Assembly (NCBI GenBank): GCA_016748015.1
Contig: JAAOMT010000201.1
Span: forward strand, 504,224 to 568,223
Source of the DNA: Geosiphon pyriformis uo1
Lineage: Eukaryota; Fungi; Glomeromycota
DNA length: 64,000 nucleotides
Direction: 5' to 3'
The notes below the pieces were generated by a model. The model ran no database searches. It was not told where the DNA came from and saw nothing but the letters and a program-made list of their open reading frames with translations. How positions within the stretch are numbered: position 1 is the stretch's first letter; each line of letters starts with the position of its first letter. Both the position numbers and the translations under genes were made by a program. This document shows, in pieces, positions 51,691 through 64,000 of this stretch.

Positions 51691-54145
51691 ACTCTTAGAT
51701 ATATTTCATCAGCGAAAACTTTGCTCAACAATGCCTAGTCAAAAAACGAAATAATGAATGAAAACCTGTCTTTCAGTTTCAATGCTTTTGATTCTAAGCC
51801 ACAAGATCATATGGAAATTTTGGGTAACAAAGAATGCAAATATTTGAAATTTTTATTCTCTATTGATAAAATTTCTTGATTTCCAAAGAATTCACAACTA
51901 ATAATTAATAATATATATGTTAGTAACATGAACTATTCGGATGGCAAGTGTGAAAGTAATTTTTGTAATTTATGCATCATTTAACGATAATTAAATGATA
52001 AAGTGGTCTTTAATTTTCTTAGGCAAGACTTAGTTACTAAAAGTGAAATAAAAATCTTCAGCCTCGTTTATAAGAGTTCCACGAGTTTCGACGATCGTTA
52101 AAGAAAGAAAACGCGCCAGGTCTTCCTTAATGTACTCCATCTTTCTTTAGAAGAACGAGAACAACAACAACAACAACAACAACACATTTCACCCTAAAAA
52201 CAGTCATGTAAACCCAAATTCAAAATAAGATATTATGATCCAACTAGCCACATATTTTATCTTTTCCCAATTCTCTAATCACCTATTTTTAAATTATTTC
52301 GCCTCTGTAAAATCTTAAAACCAGAAAAAGTTTTCATAATGTTGGACCACTGCAGATAAGAAGCATATCGAGAAGAATACTTCAGATAATTAGGTTAATT
52401 TTTGTTACTTTTTTTATAATAAAACGAATACTTTAGGTGTTGTTTGACATTGATGTTTTGATATTTTTAATAAAATTACACAGATGATTTAACAATGCAA
52501 ATATTGTGTAAATCAATCGGATAATTATCATTCTCGATTTTCTTTTGATTGTGTTTTCCATCCTCTTTAAGAAAATATATATTTAGATTTTTTCTTGCGA
52601 TTGGTCAAAATTATCTGATCATCTAATCTTTGAAATTAATTTCCGGAAATTAATTAATAATTGAATCAATGCCATTGATTCTAAAGAATTCACCATTTGG
52701 CAATGACAGAATGAATCCTTTTTCTCAGTTGTTGTGTATTACGAGTAAGGATAGATTTTTTCTTGATGTTGGGGAACTTCTTTACCATATATGTAATATA
52801 GATATTATGAAATGTCATCTTAATTAGATCATTATTAAGAAGTTTCTGTATGAAAGGAATTAATTTTTGGCTATGGAAACTTCTGGTGTCATGTTTCGAA
52901 TTTGGCTTTCAACATTATAAATTTAATGGTCATGAAATAAAATTAAAGAGCTAATGATCTTTTTTAGAAGTTTTAATGATGCATTCAAGATTCCTTTTAT
53001 ATTATCAAAGATCTTCCATAAAAAATCTTGTTTTTATGCGACACAAGGGTGAAACTAACTGCTTATCGTTTCATTCATGATTAGTCTTTTTTATTCCGAG
53101 AAAAATTTAATATCATTTCTTTTTTCATTCAAGAATTACGAAAATTTATGGATTTGGCTATATTAAATCTGATCCAAAATGTAAATAACACAAATTTTAT
53201 GAATGAAAGCAATTAAAAACTTAAAAACAGTAATGAATAAATCAACCCATTTAAAATTTAATGATTGTATTTTGGGTAATGAGTGAATGAATGAATGAAT
53301 GAATGAATGAAGCTATTTGAAAACTTTAAATTTATATAATCACTAAATTTGATGATGATTTACCTCTTACCATTGTAACAGTTTTTGCCCTTCTCAATAC
53401 TTCTTTATGAATTTTGCAATCATTTGCAGTTTTTATTTATACCTATTCTTCACAGAATTTGGTTTTTGATGACTTTTAGCAACGGCATAAGAGGAACAGA
53501 ACTTTTGTCTAATCAAAAAGATTGGTTCGAGGGATAAATCTTTTTTCTTAATGACAATATTAGTGGTTTTACACCCCTAAAGCCAAATATTTAAAAGATT
53601 TTACAATGAGAAAGTTTCACAAATTATATAGAGTAAATGAAAGAAAAAAAAATTTGCCTAATAAAATTGAATTGCATTTAGCGATGTTTTAACGGTGTTT
53701 TTCACGGTGCTTTTTCATGGTGCTTTTAAAGATCCCTTTGATTGTTTATTTGAAATCTTTTATGCTCAGTGTTAAATAATTATCAATAATTTGCGCTAAA
53801 TGCTCAGATATTTTATTACAAAAAGCACTATGCTGTGGCAATACGAAGCCAATTCTAATTTCCTTTTTAGTGAAGAACCTTGAGACGTTGTGCCCAAGTA
53901 CCTTTTCTAAGAAATTTTGAGTCAAGATTTTTAATAGATTTTTAATGGTAAGGGTAATGTTTTTTATGACAAATAAATTTTGCATACTTTAAATGGTAGT
54001 CCACAATGAGACTTTAGATTATTCCAAACTCTTTATTAAGATACATTTGATATTCTAATTTTGGAAGTTCCCATTAAAAAAATATATTATAAAAGTACCT
54101 GCTTTAAGATGAAATTTTTTTATTCTTTGGAATTAAGAACATTAA

Positions 54146-55129
54146 ATGAACGACATTATAACCAACTCTCATGAAAAAAATATTATTCATTCTTGTTATC
54201 TGGAAGATGGTGAAATCAAAATTATAACTGAGGGAAAATGCTCCCATTTCGTGTCTTTCAAGGTATTTAAAAAAAAATTGCTAAAAATTGAAGTATTGCT
54301 TTTTCATGGTAATGCTCTCTCTGACAAACTCTTTTACAAATTATCTATTTTTTAGCTCAGAAATGTTAAAAAGGTGATTTCCAGCAATCGTGGCCAAAGT
54401 AAAAAAGCCCCTAACGGCTTTTTAATCTTTAAATCTTCTTGTCATGATTGCTTTAACGATTGGGATGAAAAATGTTCTCCTACATGTTCTTTGCCGGCGA
54501 AGAATGATGCCAAAGTAATGTCCAAATTTGCAGGGGCCGCCTGGGAATTATTGGCAGAAAAATCAAAAAAGGAGGTTTCTAAAATCTCTAAAGAGGCACA
54601 AGAAATGCTAAAATCTCAGTATATCTTTATTAAGGAAACCCCCAATACTTGCAAAAATAATTCCAAAAGAAAAAACAAGTATTCAAACCCACAAAAAGCT
54701 CCTATCCCAAAAAATTATGACAGAGCTGTTGAAGTAGAGTCAACTGAAGCCGTTGAGGAGGGTCAAAAAATGCCAGATTCATCGATTATGCCTGAAACTG
54801 ATTGGTTTACGCCTGGAGAAGATCAGTATGAGTCAACTATGCCTGGAGATGACCGGTATCAAATTATGGAAGGAACTAATCTACAATTAGAGGATTTTTC
54901 AGCCGTAAACACATTGTGGCTAGGCGTCAATTATATTTCAAGTCCTACTTGCTTTCTTGAAGATTCTTTTCAGTCTGAAGACAATTTTCAGTTTGAAGAC
55001 AATTTTCAGCTTGAAGACAATTTTCAGTTTGAAGACAATTTTCAGTTTGAAGACAATTTTCAGTTTGAAGACAATTTTCAGTTTGAAGACAATTTTCAGT
55101 TTGAAGACAATTTTCAAGGAGCTTTTTAA
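54146..55129 (+). CDS. MATA_HMG-like HMG-box protein (~296 aa) with Cys-containing insertion and EDNFQF-repeat tail
   Basis: Exon 1 54146-54262, GT-AG intron 54263-54355, exon 2 54356-55129. KKAPNGFLIFK...SKFAGAAWELL...KKEVSKISKEAQ follows the HMG-box helix pattern. Confidence 0.75.
54959..55120 (+). repeat. Coding 18-bp minisatellite (gaagacaattttcagttt) x9
   Basis: Directly visible; encodes EDSFQS-EDNFQF-EDNFQL-(EDNFQF)5-EDNFQG. Confidence 0.95.
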
Positions 55130-56424
55130 TCACTTGAAAATACCAATAGAAAAAAAAATTATTTTTCAGGATCTCTCTTCATTTTTTAAATTTTTAATTT
55201 TCTCATATTGTTAAATTTTTTTTGTTGAAATTTTTAGATCTCATTTAAAATTTTTTTTTTGAAAAACATAAGAAATATTGTTTTCATAACAAAAACTACC
55301 ATTATTCAAAAAATCCAGTTCAAGATAAACTATCAAAAGAAAGCTTCCAAGATCTTTACTTATTTTAAATATAATAGTACCCCTTTTTTTTTAAAAAAAA
55401 AAAAAGAATTTATTTCTTTGCAAAAAACATAATAAAATAATTCGATATAAAATTATTGACTTTCGAAAATAAAATAAATTAGGTAGACTATATTTACGCT
55501 AATTTTTAAGCGGTTAATAACCTTTGAAAAAAATAAATAACGATTTATGATATCAAAAAAAAAATATAATAAAAATTTGAAAAATTATGTTTCAAAAAAT
55601 TTACCAATCATCTCTTGAAGAAATTTTGTATATACCAAATTGGGGTGATATACCTTTTCTCATTTAGAAGATGAAAAAGCTAGCCATGAGTTCATTCATT
55701 TTATAAATGTGAAAGAAGTTTTTTTCATATAGAAATAATCTTATCAAAATCCCTGGTAAGCATGAACAGTAATGAATATTTATTAATATATAAATTATTA
55801 CAAAATTTTTTTTTTAAAAGTTTACCCAAAACTTGTTCAAACATTATACTAAAATTAATAAAACCATCCCAGGAAAAAAAAAAGATTGATCCGAGATTTT
55901 TCTTTCCAAAAATAGCCACTACTAAAGAAAAGTTTGTGCGTTGAAATTTAAACTTAATCATGAACTCATTTGCTAATGTACGAAAATGTTTAATATGGGA
56001 ATCAAAATAAAATGGTTTTAGGTAGAAGGATCCAACAAAGCAAGATATCTTTTTAGTTTCAAACATAATGCCATATAAAAAGTTGTACACAAGTTATTTT
56101 AGGATCTTTTAGCACACTAAATATAAATTAAAATTTGTAAAGATATAAAATTAAGTACTTAAACAGGGGACATGTAAAAGAGCAAGATTCCTTATTTCGT
56201 TTCAAAATTTAAACTGGGGTTGCTTTGTCATTAATAATAAAAATTTGTTCGAATAAACTGATTTATGCTAGGACATTGATTTAACGATATCTATTCGCTG
56301 AAACCTTACAATGGTAATTGAAAATCTTACTATTTTGGTCCATTATCATTTTTATAAATCAAATGTAAGTTAAAAAAAATGAGCTTTCACCCGCCAAAAA
56401 ACCGATTTTTCTTTGGTATTTTTA

Positions 56425-57264
56425 ATGAAAATGTCAAGTCCTGCTTCAAATTCCAAGGAAATTCCATTGACCATTAATAAAGATCAAACTTTTTTTTCAT
56501 TATCCTTAAAATGCTCCTTCGTTTCTAAACCTCATTATCTAGAAATTCCGATTTTAACAGACAATGAGATTTTTGCAAAACACCAAAGCGACCAAATATC
56601 AAACTACCATTTCATTTTCCAACTGTGCCTCTTTGATGCCTTTAATCAATATCCATGGACATGTGAAAATAAAAATTGTCCGCTTTATAATTCTGGTGGT
56701 AAAGGGATACCGAAGTTAGCAAAGGGTATTTTAGACTATGAATCCGAAAATTCTCCATCAAAACAATATCTAAGAAATATATATAAGCGGGTAAAAAATC
56801 TTAGAGATGAAAGTCGCGGTAAATTCATATGGGTCGAGGAGAAAATAAAGCAGAAGCTACTTCCTAGAGAGACAAATTGTATCGAATATTCCCGTGCCGA
56901 AATTCCTCCAAATAATTCAGATTCGCGGTCTCTATCCATACCACTGAGCGCTTATGATGTGGGACGTGAGGGTCAGCAGAACAATGACAAACCATTCTTA
57001 ACGTCCCCGGAAATTTGTTTGAACCAAGGCCAATCATTACCACAAATTTCTGATAAGCAAGTGATGATTTATACGGAATACCAGCTATCCGATTCTAGAG
57101 TAAAAGAACTCTACTGTGCATATATCGAGGAATCGTCTTTTAACTTGGAAGATAAAACTGTTTTTGATGATTTATTCAAAGATGAATCCAAACTTGACTC
57201 TTTTCCAGAAAGTTGCCGACCGGGCTTCATGTTACCTCAAGTTGTAAAAGATTATGGTAATTAA
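56425..57264 (+). CDS. Hypothetical protein (~279 aa), highly divergent paralog of the neighbouring HMG-box protein
   Basis: Long single ORF; KCSFVS...SNYHFIFQLCLFDAFNQYPWTCENKNCPL...PKLAKGIL aligns by eye with KCSHFVS...PNGFLIFKSSCHDCFNDWDEKCSPTCSL...SKFAGAAW. Confidence 0.7.
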   Translation: MKMSSPASNSKEIPLTINKDQTFFSLSLKCSFVSKPHYLEIPILTDNEIFAKHQSDQISNYHFIFQLCLFDAFNQYPWTCENKNCPLYNSGGKGIPKLAKGILDYESENSPSKQYLRNIYKRVKNLRDESRGKFIWVEEKIKQKLLPRETNCIEYSRAEIPPNNSDSRSLSIPLSAYDVGREGQQNNDKPFLTSPEICLNQGQSLPQISDKQVMIYTEYQLSDSRVKELYCAYIEESSFNLEDKTVFDDLFKDESKLDSFPESCRPGFMLPQVVKDYGN

Positions 57265-59552
57265 AAATGTAAATTTTCAAAATTGGCCACTCTTAATTCA
57301 AAAGTTATTCATTTCAGATGAAACTTTCTCCCTCAAAAATCTTGATCTTAAGGATGATATGTGAAGCAAATCAATCCAGGTAATTCTCGTCCATGTAATA
57401 AACTTTTACTTAATGAAAATAAGAGGATATATAACCTGATAATATCAAAATTTTTTAACGTTCCCCCAAGATAAACGTGACAACTCTGCGCCATCCACCG
57501 GTTTTTGAGTCAAGTCGTTGATTTACATAAGAAATAAGCTGTTGAAGTTTTGGGAAGGCATATATTTATGTATTTTATCGTTGTATTATTTACTTTGAGT
57601 TTAAAATTTTAAGGGCTAAATTCCAAGATATATCGCTTCTGGTTGGCTGATATTTGTTGTACTAGAATTGTGAAATGAACACATATTAATAAATATTCAA
57701 AATTAAAAATCAATTCTCATTGTCAATTTTGCGTACAATGTACTCCGCAGATTTAATACTATCAAATTCAAATGTTGAATCCTTCTCTCTACCAATAATG
57801 CTATGTGTGTCGTATACGATATTTAAAGTTTCCCCATTTCATACTCAAAAAGAATCCTTTTTAGTATTGTGATCAGCTCCCCATAAAAATTAAGTTACAT
57901 TTTAATTTTATAACGATCATTTGATAACTTTTACTGATTTAATCTGAACTTATGATTCAACTGAAAATATAAAGAATTCATTAAAGTCTCAAAAAAACTT
58001 TTTATTTACTAATTTTGGATTAAATATTTTACAAATACTAAATGGTTAGTTTCCTCAATAATTTTGGCTTTCTATTGACCCTTTGCCCATCCAATTAAAG
58101 ATGTATCCTCAACTAATTAGCTGATGTGAAAAATAGCCATTGGTTGCAACTGATTTAGTGACAATTTTACATTTTGATCAAAAAAATTATTATCTCTTGC
58201 TTAAAACATCCAAAAAATTCTTCAAAAAACTTTTTGTTGACTATAGAAAGAGTTAACAGATTTATTTAAAAAGCAAAAAAAAGTTGTACCATAATAAAAA
58301 GAACTAGACATTTTGTAAAACATCAATCTTTGCAACAGGAAAAAATCACTTATAAACTAATGCATTAAAAACCATCTTGAAGTTGTATATTTTTGGTGAA
58401 GTAAAATTCCTTTAATTAAAAAATCTTTTTGTTTACTCAAAATTGGTATTAGATTTCAGAAGTTTTTTGTATTCTTTTTAGGTTAGATTAAATGACTTTT
58501 GATAAAAAATCTTGAAAAAACTCGGAAGCTTACAGCGACTTGTGGACTAAGTACCAGATTTCCAAGTTATTTTGATATTATCAACGTTTAAAGCTAAATC
58601 AATTATTTTAAGATGTTAATTTAAGAGTAAAAACAAAATTTAATGCAATAATTAGCAAAAAGAGTTTAAAGGAATCAAGATCATTTTGAAATTTTTCAAA
58701 CTTGAGAGGCTATGAAAATTTTATATGTTTTTTAAAGAAAAAATGAACACAAAGTTGATTGAACTTTACTCATTCAATCTCGAACTCTACCCCACTATAA
58801 CTTACTAACACTTTTAACTAAAAATTTAATAAATGAGGTATATTTAGCAATTATCTAAAAAATGGCACATTAAATTTGGAAAAATACATGTAATTAATAA
58901 ATGGTTAAATTTTTTATTAGAAAATTAATTAAGATGTTCCAAATCACATAAAAATTATGTTTATTATTTTAAAAAAAATTTGAAACTCATTTATTTAAAT
59001 TATAAAAATTACATACTTCAAAATATTGAAACTTTAAATTAATATTAATTTATGTTATTACCAATCTTAATTTTTTTGTATTTGAATTCCATTGAACATC
59101 TTTTCAGTTTAATTTTACAATTTTCTTATATTTGTAAATTGAATGGGTAAATTTTTTTGAAATGATATAATAAAATAACTATTTCAAGATCTTATTTCCA
59201 TAAATGTAATTTTAATTTTTTTTTGATTTTTATCAGCTTGCCACTTTGATAGATTTAAAATTTTCTTGAAAAGTGTTCTTTCCAAATTTGCCTAATATAA
59301 TACACAAGATTTTTGCATCGATAATTATTAATTTTTGAAAAGAAGCTTTTTTTATAAAATAAAAATTTAATTTAATGTAAAAAATGTCGATATTATATTT
59401 CTACATAATTAGAAAAAAAATTATATATTTTTTGCGTAAACAAAAGGTTTAATTTCTAAAAAATCAATCAACACTAAAAGAGTTTTTTATAATTCATTTA
59501 GAAAGCTAAAATGGGCTAAGATGTATTTGATAATTTAATGGTCTTGTGAGTA

Positions 59553-59630
59553 GTCTTTGATTGGCTTAGGTGGCTGGTCACGCGTAGTTTGTTGCATTGC
59601 ACGAAAATAGTTGTTGGTTGGACTAGACTT
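59553..59630 (+). repeat. GC-rich dispersed repeat motif, copy 2 (partial copy 3 at 61779-61797)
   Basis: gtctttgattggcttaggtggctggtcacgcgtag...tagttgttggttg resembles 16927-17040. Confidence 0.55.
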
Positions 59631-62199
59631 GGTTTAAAAATAAATAAATCAAAAAGCTAAAACAACTTATTTTTTTATAACTAGTGTCATATAATAATAA
59701 AAATTTTCCAACACATTGAAAATTACATGTGTTTTAAAATTTGGCAATAATTGAAATTTTATTTGACAGAAATCAAAATAAAATATATCAAAGAACACGA
59801 TATATAATAATAATAAGCTTTCTTTTGATACCAAACATCCAACTATTTGGCTTAATTGTTTTTTTATCAAAATAAAATTATTTTATAGCATATTAATAAA
59901 ATAAGTTTCTCAACCAAAATAGTTAAACAATCAATATATTTAATTAATTTACTTAATAAATTATCAAATTTGAACTTGGTTTTTATTGTGTAAAAATAAG
60001 AGTTTCGGTACAAATTTTTAAGTGCTTTATAAGTTTTAACATATTACTTAATATATAATTAATAAACTTAATTTTTTCTACTACTATATTTTTATTTCTC
60101 AATTAATCAAAAATCTTAAATCGTCTAACTAATTTTCTACTCTAAAACATTAAAAATATTTATAATTTTATTTGTTAATTTTTTTAATTATTAAAATTCA
60201 TATATTTTTTGGTCAACACACCAATTGTTATGAATTTTAATTTTTTTAAAATTTTCTTTTCTAATAATTTGAATTTGAATTTTGATTTCATATCAGTGTT
60301 ATTAATTTCAATTTTTGATAAACATAATAATTTAATTATTTAACTGTCAAAAACATATTTTCTTTCTTCTTCCAAAAAACTATTTCAGAATTAAATTAAA
60401 TATTTTTTTTGAAAAAATACATATTTTAATTAATATATAGTCAAATATCATATTAGTTTTTATTAAAAATTTTATTTTTAAAATTATTATATAATTATTT
60501 ATCCTCTAAAAACCCAATTCTATATTTGCTTATAAATCAAAAAAATAAATAATTTGTTTCAACATTATATTTTTATGAGGTTTAAATTATAAATTAATAG
60601 AAAAAAAAGAATAAAAAGACCAATAAATAAAATACAGTAAAAAAGTTTAATAATTAAATCAAGTCAACAATTTTTTTTTAAAAAAAAACAAAGAATATTA
60701 TTTAAACTAATTTATAATTTTATAACGTGAAATATTTATACTTGAAGAATATTTCATATTGTCTTCCAAGGTAAAACTAAAATTAAATTAAAATTAAAGA
60801 ATTAATATTAATTTTTATTAATTATACTTGAAATTGACTAATTAATTAAAAATAATTATAAATACAATAGTAAAATTAATTAAAATAGAATCAAGTATTA
60901 AAAAAATAAAAGTTAAATTTGTCTGCAAAAAAAATTAAATCAAGTAAGAATAATATTGAACTTTTTAAATAACATTTGATGTAAATAAAAATTATTAAAA
61001 AAATTAATTTTTTTGCATATTATTTAATTCCAATTTTCTTAGTTTTAATTAATATTAATCTTGTAAAAAATTACTTATTTTTAAAAAAATTTCAAAAATA
61101 ATATATTCAAAATATTTATTATAATTTTATGAATTAAAATAACAAATTAAAAAATAGCAAAAGAAAACTGAGTAAGAGCAATAAAAAATTAAGTGAATTT
61201 TATGTGTAAGTAATTGAATTTAATGTTAATAATTAAATTATAATTAAGTTAATAAATAAATTTCAAAAATAAAGTAGTTAAAAATATTTTTTAAGTTAAA
61301 TATTCACTTGTAATACTATATTTAAAATTTGTTTTTTATTTTTTATTTATTATTTATAAATTAATTATTAATAATTATTAATTAATTTAATTAATAATTA
61401 TTTATTTATTTAAGTTAAATATTTTCTTTATATGAAGATTTTATAAATAAATTTTTTTAAATATACTTCAATGCTTATATTAAAAAAATTTAATCTATAT
61501 ATTTTTTTAAACTTTTAATATTAACATCAAAATTAAATTTATCTTTTGTTTTTTATCAGTAATCAATAACCAAATGTTTGTTTTTTATATTAGTTATTTG
61601 ATTTATCATATGTTTGTTACTTATTAAAAAAAATTCATTTTTTAAATTACATAATTAATAAATATTTATAATTACTTTAAGAAAAAATTATTCGAATATA
61701 TTTATTTTATAATTAAAATTCTGTTGTATATTAACTACAATTTTTATCTCTACAATTTTTTTCTTAAATATTGTATCAAGTGGCTGATCACGTGTAGGGA
61801 AACAAATGAGTTGCGTTTAAAATGGAATATGTACATGTCGGATGTAATTAAATAGCAGTTGGATCAAACCATATGTTAAGCAATATAAAAATTTGTGTCA
61901 AAAGTATTTTACCTAAATAATAAACTGAGCTTTATAGGCAATTTCATTAATTGTGTGTTAAAAGCTATTAAATTGTTTTTATTAACAAGTCTTGAATAAA
62001 ATTACAGTTAAAATTTAATGTATTTTAGAATTTTAAAAAAATAGTAAATAGCCCAAAAATGTGTTGTAATTGATTCTCTACCGTTTTCAATCTTTACTTT
62101 GTTCGATTCCCAACAAAAATAATTCAATTGTTTGATTTACTTTAAGCATAAATAAAATGTTTAAAATATTTACATTATAAATCGATCTATATATTAGGT

Positions 62200-63870
62200 T
62201 TAATAATGTTGACTCGGATCTTCAAATTTCAAATCTTCCAGATGATTTTCATCTCCGATTCGATTCTCTTCCTCACCATTTTCATCTCCTTTCTCATTTC
62301 CATCTCCCTGTCGATTTTTTTTCTTCCTTAAAATACCTCTTGTCCATGAACGTTCACCCAAAGTTCCACTACCCCATCGCCATCTCACATACCGTCGTTC
62401 CGTTTCCTCCTCATTTCTACAAATGATATCGGAATCACAATGACCAAAGAGGGGATCTTTCTTTCGTAATCGACCATACGTTTCTAGGCATACCACGAAT
62501 AAAGAAAGGATTGCGATTGTTAAAAGAAAGTCCAGACTATTTAAGTTTGCCAGGGGAAGTAAGGCATAGATGAGGCTGACTGAGAGCCGAACAATTATTC
62601 GTTTAACCTTTGAAAATCATTTAGAGAAAGTGATAAAGTTTAAATATTAAGTTTGGAATTACATTTGAATCTCTAAAATCTAAAGAATCCATACCTTGGA
62701 AACGCGCAAAGTATCAACCGCATCCAAACCTTTATGTAAAATCGCTATGATTCCCATACAAAACATCGTAACCGCTAATCCTCCCCCGAATAACCAAAAA
62801 ACTGAGTCTTTGAGTTCAAGTGGAGAGGAACTGACTCTTTTCTCCAGCAGATTATGTAACTTGACATCGCTACCATAGCTGATTAGGTGGTCCTCTGGTG
62901 GCATAGGAATATGATATGCACTAGTAAAGTCTCTTGCCTTGACTAGCAATGCGAGTGAGTCCCTGGAGAAATTAAGGAAAAACCTTGGTTGAAATTCTTC
63001 AATCTGATAAATCATACTTTTAAAATTTATCTCAATACTGACCCTGCAATAATCAGCGACATTGCCTGATTAATTAACAATTCCAAAAATCAATGTTTTG
63101 AAAAAGAATTGATAAAAGAATGAGTAAGAATTACTGCTACTGTTAAACTTTTCATTCTTTTTAATGTTTAAACCAAGAAAATCATACCAAAGGTAAATGA
63201 ATCAATCCAAAAAGGACTCCACTTATTACATGTCTTCGTAATGCATGTTGATACTGACGACTGGCATCCACGTCGAAATAAATCCAATGCAAGTTGTAAG
63301 CTATTAAAAGTCCTAAAAGAGCCTTTAAAAAGTTTTAATTATAATTTTAGAAAGATTTATAACGTATAAGGAAAATGAACGAAGTATTAAGAAAATTCAG
63401 CTGCACCTTTCCTAATTCCCAATCAAATTTTGAATTATAACTTGTATAAAGAATTGCAACAACCTAAAAATTGATAGGCGATATCAAATTAGTTTCGAAA
63501 ATCCAGCCTCCAACCCTGAAATTACACTCACTCACTCACTCACTCACCATTTCACCTATACTAATAATAATGTAAGTCCCCAATCTTTCACTCCAATGTT
63601 CGATATTCAATGCAGGTCTATACTCTGAAATCTTGAACAAACTAAACAAATCCCTCCATTTCCATTGATATTCTGTTCCTTTTGTTTTCATCATACGATG
63701 TGGCATCGTGGCTGCCCGACTGATTGGCTCCAGAGTTCCCCCACTTTTGGCGCCGGTCACGGGGTCAGTCAACGTATCAGCTCTTTCAAAATCACGAGTG
63801 TGAGTATGGTTTACTGGAGTTTTTGTGCCATAGCGATTGTAAATTGGAACGAAAACTTGCCAAAAGAGGT
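62200..63870 (-). CDS. LtrA (low temperature requirement A)-family multi-pass membrane protein, 3' portion; 5' end outside the window
   Basis: Spliced exons give EHWSERLGTYIIISIGEM|VVAILY...|ALLGLLIAYNLHWIYFDVD...HALRRH...LIHLPL...WLFGGGLAV..., the conserved fungal LtrA motifs; stop at 62200. Confidence 0.8.
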
Positions 63871-64000
63871 CTGAAAAATTGAGAGGATGGTTAATATGGT
63901 GGGAGCGGTAAACTTTGAGGGCAATCTAAAATCTCTGATTTTCGAGCCCTACTCTTTTAGATAAAAATCACTTTCAAATATTTACTACTTCTACTACTAC

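Noticed and set aside
53350-53985. Possible third HMG-like relic divergent from the HMG gene
   Set aside because: Only vague similarity and several stops; not supportable by eye.
54945-55214. CRISPR-like array or overlapping ORFs (TENCLQ / SLKTIF repeats)
   Set aside because: Head-to-tail 18-bp repeats without spacers; alternative ORFs are only stop-free frames of the minisatellite.
54146-57264. Mating-type (sexM/sexP-like) locus
   Set aside because: No flanking triose-phosphate transporter, RNA helicase or homeodomain genes in the window; HMG boxes are a large family in this lineage.
1-64000. Many 60-120 aa ORFs rich in F/I/K/L/N (e.g. 4352, 10333, 12568, 24948, 42991, 49109, 55725, 59667); tRNA/rRNA genes
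   Set aside because: Composition is that of random AT-rich DNA, many use non-ATG starts; no RNA-gene signatures were recognised.

Overview
Very AT-rich, intron-containing eukaryotic DNA with a gene repertoire typical of Glomeromycotina fungi: BTB-BACK-TLDc, TKL-kinase and Sel1 relics, MATA_HMG-like boxes and a Lipase_3 expansion. A Geosiphon/Ambispora-like genome is plausible but is only an inference. The left 36 kb is a birth-and-death array of class-3 lipase-like genes: two intact 6-exon paralogs, one inverted pseudogene, one distant paralog and at least one older relic. In every copy where the elbow is readable, the nucleophile motif is G-H-G-x-G instead of G-H-S-x-G, so these are predicted secreted pseudo-lipases. 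The two intact paralogs are nearly identical in their 5' exons and introns but hypervariable in the lid/substrate-entrance segment. Also present are a BTB-TLDc gene with a 1-nt frameshift, a Git3/Gpr1-like GPCR, a secreted NG-repeat low-complexity protein and an orphan Asn-rich ORF with a G-quadruplex-like promoter. The right part holds two divergent HMG-box genes sharing an unusual Cys-containing insertion (one with a 9x EDNFQF minisatellite tail) and the 3' part of an LtrA-family membrane gene. Decayed Tc1/IS630-like, LINE and MITE-like elements are scattered throughout. All gene models were built by hand from GT/GC-AG sites and frame continuity; no searches were run.
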